Source: Escherichia phage ph0011. From it: 64,000 nucleotides of DNA. Numbering within the stretch: the first letter of the stretch is position 1; every line of letters starts with the position of its first letter. A program made the translations under genes and the position numbers. The stretch lies in the sequence record OP557969.1; one strand, given 5' to 3'. Of this stretch, positions 1 to 8,462 are shown one piece after another. The notes beneath the pieces were generated by a model. The model had not been told where the DNA came from and did not search any database. It was given only the letters and a program-made list of their open reading frames with translations.

Positions 1-636
1 TGGTATAATCTCAGGTATTCCATTCTTATTAAAACCAACAAACTTTAACTCTAAGATTAAAGGTAAGTCCATGAATTTATGAAATCTAAGTTTGTTACTT
101 AAAGATACTAATTCGTCATATAGACTCATACTGTTATTCTCAGACATATTAAGAACTGCGGTATTAAAACAATAATTCGTTGTCATTCCTGGTGTGGATG
201 GTCCTGCTTGTGTCATTTGAACACTTGTTATATTATATTTTCCACTAACGCCACTTTCTGATATAACATAGCGTTGTACCTCTGCATCAGGGTAAAGCCA
301 AAAGTTTTTGAAATCATCTTTATCTAAAGCAAACAGACAAAAATGCCAAGTTGGGTTGTCATATTTTAATAACTTATTCTCATATGGTATTACAAACTGA
401 CTTAAATCCAAATCTTCATAAACTTGGTCCATTCCGGCACTTTGTGATGGTAATGACTCAACATTACTAACGTTTGCTTTATAATTATTTTTCGTGATAG
501 TTTTTACATCATTTTGTAATGTATTGGCGGTGGCTTTCAAATTATCAAGTGAATTATTTGCAGTTGTTTTTGTCTTACCAGTGATATTTGAAATATCATT
601 TTGAAAATTATCAACTGTACTTCGTAAATCTGCCAT
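1..636 (-). CDS. Hypothetical protein, partial (C-terminus lies beyond window start); possibly a virion structural protein
   Basis: Minus-strand frame open from ATG at 636..634 to the window edge, preceded by a GGAG ribosome-binding site; follows two co-oriented genes. No motif recognised. Confidence 0.3.
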   Translation of the reverse strand, partial: MADLRSTVDNFQNDISNITGKTKTTANNSLDNLKATANTLQNDVKTITKNNYKANVSNVESLPSQSAGMDQVYEDLDLSQFVIPYENKLLKYDNPTWHFCLFALDKDDFKNFWLYPDAEVQRYVISESGVSGKYNITSVQMTQAGPSTPGMTTNYCFNTAVLNMSENNSMSLYDELVSLSNKLRFHKFMDLPLILELKFVGFNKNGIPEIIP

Positions 637-648
637 GTGTTACTCCAT

Positions 649-963
649 TTAGCCTATATTTCGAGTACCATTAAGATAGTTTTGTACTCTTTGATTTGCT
701 GGTATTCTAATTGTTACCCCACTTTTAAAATTATATATTGGGTCTTCTCCTAATATGTCTGGATTTAATAATGCAAAGATATAATATAATCGTTCATTTC
801 CGTACATTTCGTATGCCAAACGCCATGGTTGGTATTCATATTTCAATGGTATCTCATAAAAATCATCAGTATCAGCCGGAATGATATCACGTGGTAAATT
901 ATACCCAAGATACCATGTTTGTTTCACCTTAGCATAAGGTGAGTATTGACTATAGTTGGACAT
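649..963 (-). CDS. Hypothetical protein (104 aa)
   Basis: ORF in track; its start overlaps the stop of the upstream gene (963), suggesting translational coupling. No motif recognised. Confidence 0.3.
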   Translation of the reverse strand: MSNYSQYSPYAKVKQTWYLGYNLPRDIIPADTDDFYEIPLKYEYQPWRLAYEMYGNERLYYIFALLNPDILGEDPIYNFKSGVTIRIPANQRVQNYLNGTRNIG

Positions 964-1709
964 TAAATAAATCCTCCGTTGCGTAATAGTTCACCTCGCT
1001 TAAAAGCATTTAGGTTGAAAGTTTTAGTCATATAATCGGAAGTGGGTTGTTCTTCAAGCTGTATCATAACCGATATTTTTTGTGGAACCCAAACCTCATC
1101 TTGTGGGTTCATATACCCAGTACTTCTAAGTTGTTCGAAGAATTTCCTACTATCCATATCGGATAAGTTAAATGTACTGTCACTACTATTCAAAGGAACT
1201 TGAATATAAGAAACATCATTTGGATATGTAAAATTATAAGATTTTAAAATAACAGGAATATCATTATATGTATATCTCCCATACCCACTTAAAAGTAAGA
1301 TTGGTGGTGGAGCACCTGCAATTGCAAGTTCTGGGTTATTCGCTGCCGCAGCTTGTCTACCAAAATCCATCAATGAAACTGAACGTATAAAATGGATACA
1401 TGCTAATGTGTACATAGCTTCTGCTGCGGTGTTAGCATAAAACTCACCCTGAATGGTGAAAACAGTATTAGATGTGTTCTTATAGTTGTTATAGTTACTG
1501 TTGGTATGTATCGGTGACTGTGTTTCATACTGAATTGACCTTTGTTCAGTAATTATTGGTGTTACAGTCCATACCAACCCATTAGTTGGACGCAGAAACG
1601 AAAGTAGTGTGGGTTCAGAACTATCTCCGAAATCTCCATATACATAGTTAGCACCTGCGGCTTTAGGTCGTAATCGAATTCTACGATCAATCATTTTTTG
1701 ATTCTCCAT
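963..1709 (-). CDS. Hypothetical protein (248 aa), possibly structural
   Basis: ORF in track, first of three co-oriented minus-strand genes. No motif recognised. Confidence 0.3.
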   Translation of the reverse strand: MENQKMIDRRIRLRPKAAGANYVYGDFGDSSEPTLLSFLRPTNGLVWTVTPIITEQRSIQYETQSPIHTNSNYNNYKNTSNTVFTIQGEFYANTAAEAMYTLACIHFIRSVSLMDFGRQAAAANNPELAIAGAPPPILLLSGYGRYTYNDIPVILKSYNFTYPNDVSYIQVPLNSSDSTFNLSDMDSRKFFEQLRSTGYMNPQDEVWVPQKISVMIQLEEQPTSDYMTKTFNLNAFKRGELLRNGGFI

Positions 1710-1739
1710 AATAAGGGAACATTTGATGTATTTATGGGT

Positions 1740-1767
1740 GGGACAAACTGGTTCTTAGTGCTATAAT
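1740..1767 (+). promoter_or_regulatory. Sigma70-type promoter: -35 GGGACA, 16-nt spacer, extended -10 TGc-TATAAT (1762..1767)
   Basis: Member of a six-copy conserved promoter family in this window; lies 58 nt upstream of the gp55 start. Confidence 0.55.
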
Positions 1768-1824
1768 AACATTGATGGTACAAGGATTGTACCTATTGGA
1801 TTAGAACATGGAGAGTGTAACACA

Positions 1825-2664
1825 ATGACAAGTAGACCAAAGCGTAAAAAGTATCTCAACAATGCAGATTTACTTCGTGAAATACAAAAAAGTAAGATTT
1901 CATACTGCTGGTTATTAGATAAATCATATAGTATGTATGATTATATTGTCTTTCATGAATCTGAAATCACGGCTGAGTTACTTGAAAAAGCTAAAGCAGC
2001 ACGAATTAAAAGACTCAACAATGAAATGCTTGAAAGTATTCGTGCAAAGGAAAACATGAGTGCAAAAAAAGCAAAGGAATATGCAGAAGAGAATAATTTA
2101 GTTATTACTGACGTTCCAATTGATGAAGTTGTTATTCGTGTTATTACTGATGAACACATTCCACCAGATACTAGAGTTAACTTTGAACCATTCAAGCATT
2201 ATATTGTGGATAATGAAGGTATCCTTTATGAAGTTTGTCGTTCTCACTGGAAAGGTGACCTAGAAACAGGTGAATTCTGCACTATTCACGGTAAAATTAC
2301 TAATGAATTGGGTAAAATGTTCATTAAACTTGCAGAGGAAATCTCACACAAATCTAATTATAGAAACTATACTTACTTAGATGAAATGATGGGCGATGCA
2401 AGAATTCAATTAGTTAAAAATGCACTACTCTTTAAAGAGAGTATTCTTTATAAAAAAGATAAACCAGCCGTACAATTAAATCCTTTCTCTTACTATACAT
2501 CGTTTGTTAACAATAGCTTTCGTTCTATTTTGAATAGTGAGAAAAATGTTCGAAATATACGTGATGATTTACTCGAAATGCATGGTTTTACACCATCACA
2601 CACACGTCAAATTGAAATTGAATTGAACATGATTGAAAGGAAAAATGAAGATGGCTCTATTTGA
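1825..2664 (+). CDS. 55: Late-transcription sigma factor gp55-like
   Basis: The N-terminus (KRKKYLNNADLLREIQ) resembles the T4 gp55 N-terminus as recalled from memory; it is followed by gp47 and gp46 as in T4. Confidence 0.65.
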   Translation: MTSRPKRKKYLNNADLLREIQKSKISYCWLLDKSYSMYDYIVFHESEITAELLEKAKAARIKRLNNEMLESIRAKENMSAKKAKEYAEENNLVITDVPIDEVVIRVITDEHIPPDTRVNFEPFKHYIVDNEGILYEVCRSHWKGDLETGEFCTIHGKITNELGKMFIKLAEEISHKSNYRNYTYLDEMMGDARIQLVKNALLFKESILYKKDKPAVQLNPFSYYTSFVNNSFRSILNSEKNVRNIRDDLLEMHGFTPSHTRQIEIELNMIERKNEDGSI

Positions 2665-3682
2665 TAAAGCAATTACATTCACTGATATTCACTTGGGATT
2701 AAAGAATAACAGTAAACAACACAATGAAGATTGTTTAAACTTCATTAAATTTATGATAGATGAAGCAAAAAAGAATAATATCAAAGTTTGTGTTTTTATG
2801 GGAGATTATTTTCATAATAGAAGTAATATCAACATTCAAACACTAAACTATGGTTTACAGATTCTTCAACTACTGAATGACAATTTTAAAAAAGTATATT
2901 TTCTTGTTGGGAATCATGATATGTACCATAAGAACAAACGTGATATCACAAGTATCAATATGGCTCAAGTATATGAAAATATCGAGTTCATCAATGAAAT
3001 CACAACATTTGACGATTGTACATTCATTCCATTTATGATTGAAGATGAATATAAACTATTACCTCAACTAAAAAGTAAGTATGTTTTCGGTCACTTAGAA
3101 TTACCAGGGTACTTACTTAATAAGATGGTAGAAATGCCAGACCATGGGAAAGAAACCGATGGTTCTTTTAGTGGTTGTGAATATGTTTTTAGTGGGCATT
3201 TTCATAAAAGGCAAGCAAAAACAACATCTAAAGGAACTCGTGTTGTTTATACTGGTAATTGCTTCCCACATAATTTTTCCGATACGTGGGATGATGCAAG
3301 AGGTGTAATGATTCTCGAACACGATAAAGAACCAATTTTTAAATCGTGGGATAGTGCACCAAAATATCGAACATTCACACTTTCCGAATTATTGACTGAC
3401 CCCAGTTATTATCTTCAAGATAATACAATTTCTAAAGTTCAAATTGATATATCAATAACAACGGATGAGATTAGTTTTATTCGTGATACTTTTACTAAAC
3501 TATACAACATTAGAGAGTTTAATGTTGTAACAAGTAAACAAAATGTATCAGAATTAATTGAAGATGGTGTCAATTTTGAAAGTACTGAATCAGTTGATGA
3601 GATTGTTTTACAACAAATCATGGAAATTGATTCACCAATGTTTGATAAAAATCTTCTAATCCAAATTTACAGATCATTATAA
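2633..3682 (+). CDS. 47: Recombination endonuclease subunit gp47 (Mre11/SbcD-like phosphoesterase)
   Basis: Calcineurin-like phosphoesterase motifs (FTDIHLG, GDYFH, GNHD); immediately upstream of the Rad50-like gene. Confidence 0.8.
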   Translation: MKGKMKMALFDKAITFTDIHLGLKNNSKQHNEDCLNFIKFMIDEAKKNNIKVCVFMGDYFHNRSNINIQTLNYGLQILQLLNDNFKKVYFLVGNHDMYHKNKRDITSINMAQVYENIEFINEITTFDDCTFIPFMIEDEYKLLPQLKSKYVFGHLELPGYLLNKMVEMPDHGKETDGSFSGCEYVFSGHFHKRQAKTTSKGTRVVYTGNCFPHNFSDTWDDARGVMILEHDKEPIFKSWDSAPKYRTFTLSELLTDPSYYLQDNTISKVQIDISITTDEISFIRDTFTKLYNIREFNVVTSKQNVSELIEDGVNFESTESVDEIVLQQIMEIDSPMFDKNLLIQIYRSL

Positions 3683-3690
3683 GGGACTAT

Positions 3691-5838
3691 ATGCTAAACA
3701 TTACACGTATATCTATGCGAAACTTCTTTTCATTCGGTAATGCACCACAAATTATTGAATTGAATAGTTCTGACATTTCATTAGTACTGGGTCAAAATAA
3801 TGATGCAGTTATTGAAGGTGGTGACAGTTCTGGACGACGAAATGGTGTAGGAAAAAGTGCAATTATTCAAGGATTAGTTTTTGGATTATTTGGAAAAAGT
3901 ATTGGGAATGATATTAAAATCCCTAACTTAGTTAATAAAACTAATGGGAAAAATTGCGAAGTTGTGGTAGAGTTTGAAAAAGACGGTGTGCAATATATTG
4001 TTGAGCGTGGGAGAAGTCCCACGTATTTCAATCTTGTTACTTTAGGTAAAGATGACAAAATTGAAGATGAATCAAGGGGTGAAAAGAAAGACACTCAAGA
4101 AGATTTGAATGAAATTCTTGGAATATCTCAATTATTATTTGAACATATTGTAGTACTGAATGCAAACGTTGAACCTTTCTTGGCGTTATCCACACAAAAA
4201 CAACGTGATATGATAGAAGAACTTCTAGGTATAACACAGTTAACAGAAAAAGCCGAAATATTAAAGGAGATGTACAAGGATACTAAACGCTTAGCAGAGC
4301 AAGAAAAGTTTAAAAATGAAACAGTTGCTGCAAGTAACGAACGTATTCAAAAAAGTATTGAGGTTCTTCAAGAACAGGCAAACCAATTTGAGATCGATAA
4401 AAGTAATAGAGTAGCGAAGTTAAATGAAGAGTTGAATATTTATAAAACGTTCGACTTCAATGAACTCTATAAAGCTGCTGAAGAGAAAGAGAAAGCTCTT
4501 ATTCATAACACAAAGCGTAATGAAATAGAACGCCGTGTACAAGATTTAGCTTTAAAATTTGATGCATATGACCGTGAGATTGAATCATCCAAACGTGCAC
4601 TAAAACTAAGCATTGATAAACTAAAAACTATTGATATTAGTGCTGAGTTGGAAAATCATAATGAACTAGAGATATGGAAACAGTTAGAAGACATTCTTAA
4701 AGAGAATAATAACCAAAAACGTTTCAAAGAGCAAAAGCTAAACTCACTAAAAGTTGCATTAAAAGGGTATGAATGTTCAATTAATGCTGAAATTGACAAA
4801 TTATCAACCGTTGAAAATAGTAAATGTCCACTTTGTATGTCAGAATTGGAACATAATGAACATACTTCTTCAATTAAAGATAAAATTCAAAGTACTATTG
4901 ACGATCTTCAAGCCAAAATTGACAGTTCTTCTTCTGAAATTGAGATTTTACTTAAAGAAATTGAGAGTATTGAGATTTTTGATATGCCACCTAAGCCTGT
5001 GACATATTATAATACACTTTCAGAAGCACAAATGCATGAACATAAGCTTCAAGAATTGATCAAAAAGAGTGAAGAAGAGCCAATAAACATCTATGCAAAT
5101 GAACTTATGTCATCATATGATGAACTTAACTCATATGAACTAATGGAAGTTCCAGATACATTAAACAAATATGAAGTTAAAGAGTTGGAAATGACCGTAA
5201 ATTCATTATCACAGCAATTAGATCGTGAATTGAAGACTACTAACACATTTATTAGTCAAATTAATACCCTGAAGACTGATTCTTTAGTACCAATCGATTA
5301 TAGTGACTATAATAATCTTGATAAAATGTCAAATCACCAAGATTTCTTGGTTAAATTACTTTTAAACAAGGATTCTTATGTCCGTAAACGTATTATTGAG
5401 CAAAATATCTCATATTTGAATACACGACTTCAGTACTATATCGATATGTGCGGTTCTGAGCATAATGTTGTGTTTTTGAATGATTTGAGTGTTGAAATTG
5501 AGAAGAGTGGGCAGTACTTTGACTATAAACAGCTTAGTCGTGGCGAGCGTACAAGGGTAAACATTGCTTTATCATGTGCTTTCCGTGATACATACGAGTC
5601 ATTATATCAAAGTATCAATCTAATAGCACTAGATGAAGCTTGTGATGTTGGTCTTGATTCAAGTGGTGTAGTTAAAGTGTGGTCAATCTTCAATGACATG
5701 GCTGCTATCAGAAATAAAAATGTATATATCATCTCTCATAGAGAAGAACTAGTTTCTAAGACTGAACATATACTTAAAGTAACTAAAGAAGATGGTTTTA
5801 GTACTATAAGTTACTGTACAATTGATGATATCTATTAA
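3691..5838 (+). CDS. 46: Recombination ATPase gp46 (Rad50/SbcC-like)
   Basis: N-terminal Walker A (RRNGVGKS), long coiled-coil middle, C-terminal signature/Walker B region (LSRGERTR, LIALDEA). Confidence 0.8.
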   Translation: MLNITRISMRNFFSFGNAPQIIELNSSDISLVLGQNNDAVIEGGDSSGRRNGVGKSAIIQGLVFGLFGKSIGNDIKIPNLVNKTNGKNCEVVVEFEKDGVQYIVERGRSPTYFNLVTLGKDDKIEDESRGEKKDTQEDLNEILGISQLLFEHIVVLNANVEPFLALSTQKQRDMIEELLGITQLTEKAEILKEMYKDTKRLAEQEKFKNETVAASNERIQKSIEVLQEQANQFEIDKSNRVAKLNEELNIYKTFDFNELYKAAEEKEKALIHNTKRNEIERRVQDLALKFDAYDREIESSKRALKLSIDKLKTIDISAELENHNELEIWKQLEDILKENNNQKRFKEQKLNSLKVALKGYECSINAEIDKLSTVENSKCPLCMSELEHNEHTSSIKDKIQSTIDDLQAKIDSSSSEIEILLKEIESIEIFDMPPKPVTYYNTLSEAQMHEHKLQELIKKSEEEPINIYANELMSSYDELNSYELMEVPDTLNKYEVKELEMTVNSLSQQLDRELKTTNTFISQINTLKTDSLVPIDYSDYNNLDKMSNHQDFLVKLLLNKDSYVRKRIIEQNISYLNTRLQYYIDMCGSEHNVVFLNDLSVEIEKSGQYFDYKQLSRGERTRVNIALSCAFRDTYESLYQSINLIALDEACDVGLDSSGVVKVWSIFNDMAAIRNKNVYIISHREELVSKTEHILKVTKEDGFSTISYCTIDDIY

Positions 5839-5845
5839 TAACAGA

Positions 5846-5872
5846 AAAGGGGGCTTATGCTCCCTTTTTTAT
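5846..5872 (+). terminator. Rho-independent terminator after gp46
   Basis: GC-rich hairpin (AGGGGGC-TTAT-GCTCCCT) followed by TTTTTT. Confidence 0.6.
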
Positions 5873-5947
5873 TATCATTATATCTATTGTTTCCATACAT
5901 CCTACATTGAACTAGATTTTGTAAGATATAGGATTGGTAATGTGTTT

Positions 5948-6442
5948 TTATTTTGTATCTCTTTTTACATCAACCATGTTTAATTTACCGTCCTTAATTA
6001 GCTTTCTAGCTTGTTTTACACGAGCAGTAGTGTTGCTACCAGGGACGACACCTAACCCTTCCAGAATTGCGTTTTGCTGCGTTGCTGGAAGCCTTTTAAA
6101 CTTATTCACATCTACTGTTAGTGCTGTGTGATGTATCACTTGCTCTTCTAGTGGGATGTTGTTGTTCTTTTCAAGATAATCTGCCAGATTTCTTAGAACT
6201 TCATGTAAAGGCATATCAGTTAAATGCTTTCCATATCGGTTCCATGCGTTGGAAACTTTACCTTCAAATGCGTTTATTTCATTCTGTAGAACTTCACGAC
6301 AGTGTTGGTTACCATAGTGGTAGTGATCCAGTACTGGTTTAGTTATTGGTTCCTTAATTATAGGATCAATTCCTTTTTGCTTCTTTAGTAATTCATTACG
6401 ATAGTTTGCAGCTTCTTTACTATCTTTTAATCTTTTCTTCAT
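5948..6442 (-). CDS. Free-standing HNH / endonuclease VII-like nuclease (putative homing endonuclease)
   Basis: Motif LDHYHYGNQHCREVLQNEINAFEG fits the DHxH...N...G pattern of EndoVII/HNH nucleases; lone minus-strand gene between conserved genes; late-promoter-like ATAAATAT upstream on the minus strand. Confidence 0.45.
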   Translation of the reverse strand: MKKRLKDSKEAANYRNELLKKQKGIDPIIKEPITKPVLDHYHYGNQHCREVLQNEINAFEGKVSNAWNRYGKHLTDMPLHEVLRNLADYLEKNNNIPLEEQVIHHTALTVDVNKFKRLPATQQNAILEGLGVVPGSNTTARVKQARKLIKDGKLNMVDVKRDTK

Positions 6443-6536
6443 AAATCCCCACCAAACTAATTTTTATAAAAATATTTATGAGTTACATTAGAGAACAATA
6501 ATTATGTGTTTTTTGATAAATAAATTTAAATTATTT

Positions 6537-6564
6537 GAGACAACTTTGAAGTTTGTGCTATAAT
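6537..6564 (+). promoter_or_regulatory. Sigma70-type promoter: GAGACA, 16-nt spacer, TGTGC-TATAAT (6559..6564); no annotated gene downstream
   Basis: Same conserved motif as the other five promoters; A/T-rich upstream region. Confidence 0.5.
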
Positions 6565-7015
6565 GTTTGATGTAGTAATGACAATCCTGTTGAATGCAGA
6601 AATGCATATAAATTAGAACCTGATCCTATCGAAAATGTAGATGGCAGATGAGCAGTTCAACAGTGCGATGAGCAGAAGAAACCCGTCAGAAGTGGGCATA
6701 GTTTGAACCCCTCACGGCAATGCGGCTCAATAAAGAACTCCGATAAGCACACAGAGAGTTCCTAGATAGACATATAAGGAATCACACCTTACCAGATTTG
6801 CTAAGGGAGTTTATTAATTGATTTTAATAAACAGCCTGAAGTTTGATTGTATAGACTTTCAGGTGAGTGCTGGGATGAAAAGACCAGTGACCGTTGCATA
6901 TGACCGTGATAGGGAGAAACAGAGCAACCCGCTTCCGTTTGTGATTGATCATTTTTACAATATAGATCCGTCCAAAATTCACGATACAATAAATGCTGAA
7001 ACCATCAGCGTCAAG

Positions 7016-7040
7016 AAGAGACTTAATTGTCTCTTTTTTA
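7016..7040 (+). terminator. Rho-independent terminator closing the orphan transcription unit
   Basis: Hairpin AGAGAC-TTAATT-GTCTCT followed by TTTTTT. Confidence 0.55.
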
Positions 7041-7255
7041 TTACTTTCATTCCCCTGTGGGGGGATGAAAATGTCCTCAACAAATCCCGTCAAGTTTTAA
7101 ATCTTTAAAAGTTCTTTCTAAATTAATTTAATGAAATGAATATGAGTTACGTAGTAACGAATATTCTTCAGGTAACGAATGAAATGAGTTAGCTGAATCC
7201 AATATATTAAAATTAATCTTTCATAATTCAATTCAAATAATTCTGTAGTTTAAAA

Positions 7256-7285
7256 ACAAAAAACCAGCAACAATGTGCTGGTAAT
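7256..7285 (-). terminator. Rho-independent terminator of the minus-strand operon 8339..7294
   Basis: On the minus strand: CCAGCA-CATTGT-TGCTGG followed by TTTTTT. Confidence 0.55.
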
Positions 7286-7293
7286 TATGTGAT

Positions 7294-7503
7294 TTAGTGC
7301 TTCTCGTTTTGTTTTTTAATTTTCTTATTAAAAGACTTAACTAATAAGTCTCTATCTATTAAAGGCATATTAAGAAGTGTTCCATAGTCAATATTATCCA
7401 TATAAACAGAACACTCCATTAGTGCTTGTTTGATTTCTGACTTATTCAGTTCTATCTCCCTTATGACTTCTTGTATTTCTTCAGGAGTTGACTGGAGAAG
7501 CAT
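7294..7503 (-). CDS. Hypothetical protein (69 aa)
   Basis: ORF in track; its start codon overlaps the stop of the upstream gene. Confidence 0.3.
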   Translation of the reverse strand: MLLQSTPEEIQEVIREIELNKSEIKQALMECSVYMDNIDYGTLLNMPLIDRDLLVKSFNKKIKKQNEKH

Positions 7504-8339
7504 TACTCGAAAAAATGACTAGGATCATATTTTAGTCCATCAATTTCCCATTGATGATTACAGTTACTACATTCAACTTCCATAGTATGGGAGACACCAA
7601 TCTCAAGTACTTCATCCATTTTTTCACGAATTAGTTTAAGAACTCCCTTCGATTGTTGACCGAGCCATTCATTAATAAATTCCTTTTCAACTACTTCATC
7701 ACCGTCTGGTGTTATAATTTTTGCAATAACTCCACCAATCATATCAAAATTAAGTTGAGCCATACTTTCAAAAACTTCTGAAAATATTTTTACTTTTTCA
7801 TCATTGTCAATATCAGCAGTTTCAAGAAACTTGGTTTTTTGTTGTTCGTTGAACATGCGTTCTGCAAAAGATGAATATTCTTTCCATGTAAGTGGTTTAA
7901 ATTCCAAACGTAGACCGTTATCCAAATCAACAGAAGGAATTTCACTAAATGATTTCGCAGTTTCAAGTAGATATGATAGATTACGCTCAAAGCGTCCCTC
8001 TTTTTCACATTCAGGACATACTACGTTAATGTCATATGTTTCTTCTTTCGAAGCAACTTTAATTGCAATAAGAAGCATTTCAACGTCATTTACATATAGT
8101 TCATCTGCATCAATTACATTCGGAACACAGTTCTCAATCACACGTGATACTGCATCACCATTTAGTAGCATATCTGGTGTATTCAGTGTCATTTCATCAC
8201 GTGCACTACGTGCACAAACTCCGCACTTGACACCTTTTGGTCCTAGTACTCCATCTTTATAAGGAATAACGCCGTTTGTAACCAACTTAGTACTGATCTC
8301 TTCAATTTTAGTGTACTTAGCAAGTGGATTCATAGCCAT
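7503..8339 (-). CDS. Zinc-ribbon protein (three CxxC pairs); possibly baseplate-hub related by position
   Basis: The track ORF extends to 8444, but the likely start is MAMNPL at 8339. CxxC motifs: CGVCARS, CPECEK, CSNCNH. Divergent from the tape-measure-like gene. Confidence 0.35.
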   Translation of the reverse strand: MAMNPLAKYTKIEEISTKLVTNGVIPYKDGVLGPKGVKCGVCARSARDEMTLNTPDMLLNGDAVSRVIENCVPNVIDADELYVNDVEMLLIAIKVASKEETYDINVVCPECEKEGRFERNLSYLLETAKSFSEIPSVDLDNGLRLEFKPLTWKEYSSFAERMFNEQQKTKFLETADIDNDEKVKIFSEVFESMAQLNFDMIGGVIAKIITPDGDEVVEKEFINEWLGQQSKGVLKLIREKMDEVLEIGVSHTMEVECSNCNHQWEIDGLKYDPSHFFE

Positions 8340-8462
8340 TTTGTTAAATCTCCATGTAATAAATGTGTTTGTAGTATTTATAATACTAAAAACAAACAAT
8401 TTTTTTATATTATATATAGTTTCATAAATATTTCTATAATACATCTATTAAAAGGGAATGTT

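Noticed and set aside
1953-2195. Short antisense ORFs inside gp55, gp47, gp46, the polymerase and other long genes
   Set aside because: Fully contained within well-supported genes on the opposite strand, low-complexity translations, no ribosome-binding sites.
6818-7108. 96-aa + strand ORF and overlapping 89-aa minus-strand ORF (6824..7093) in the long intergenic region
   Set aside because: They overlap each other on opposite strands and the + ORF reads straight through a strong terminator hairpin; the track start has no ribosome-binding site. Treated as part of a possible ncRNA or small-ORF region rather than as confident genes.
7146-7180. Short inverted repeat GTTAC-GTA-GTAAC and direct repeat GTAACGAAT (x2, 18 nt apart)
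   Set aside because: Arms of only 5-9 nt in an AT-rich spacer; expected by chance and without positional context suggesting an operator.
6440-7290. tRNA gene cluster in the 851-bp non-coding stretch
   Set aside because: No GTTCGAATC-like T-arm or cloverleaf-compatible segment found by eye; cannot be excluded without tRNAscan-type software, so not reported as a feature.
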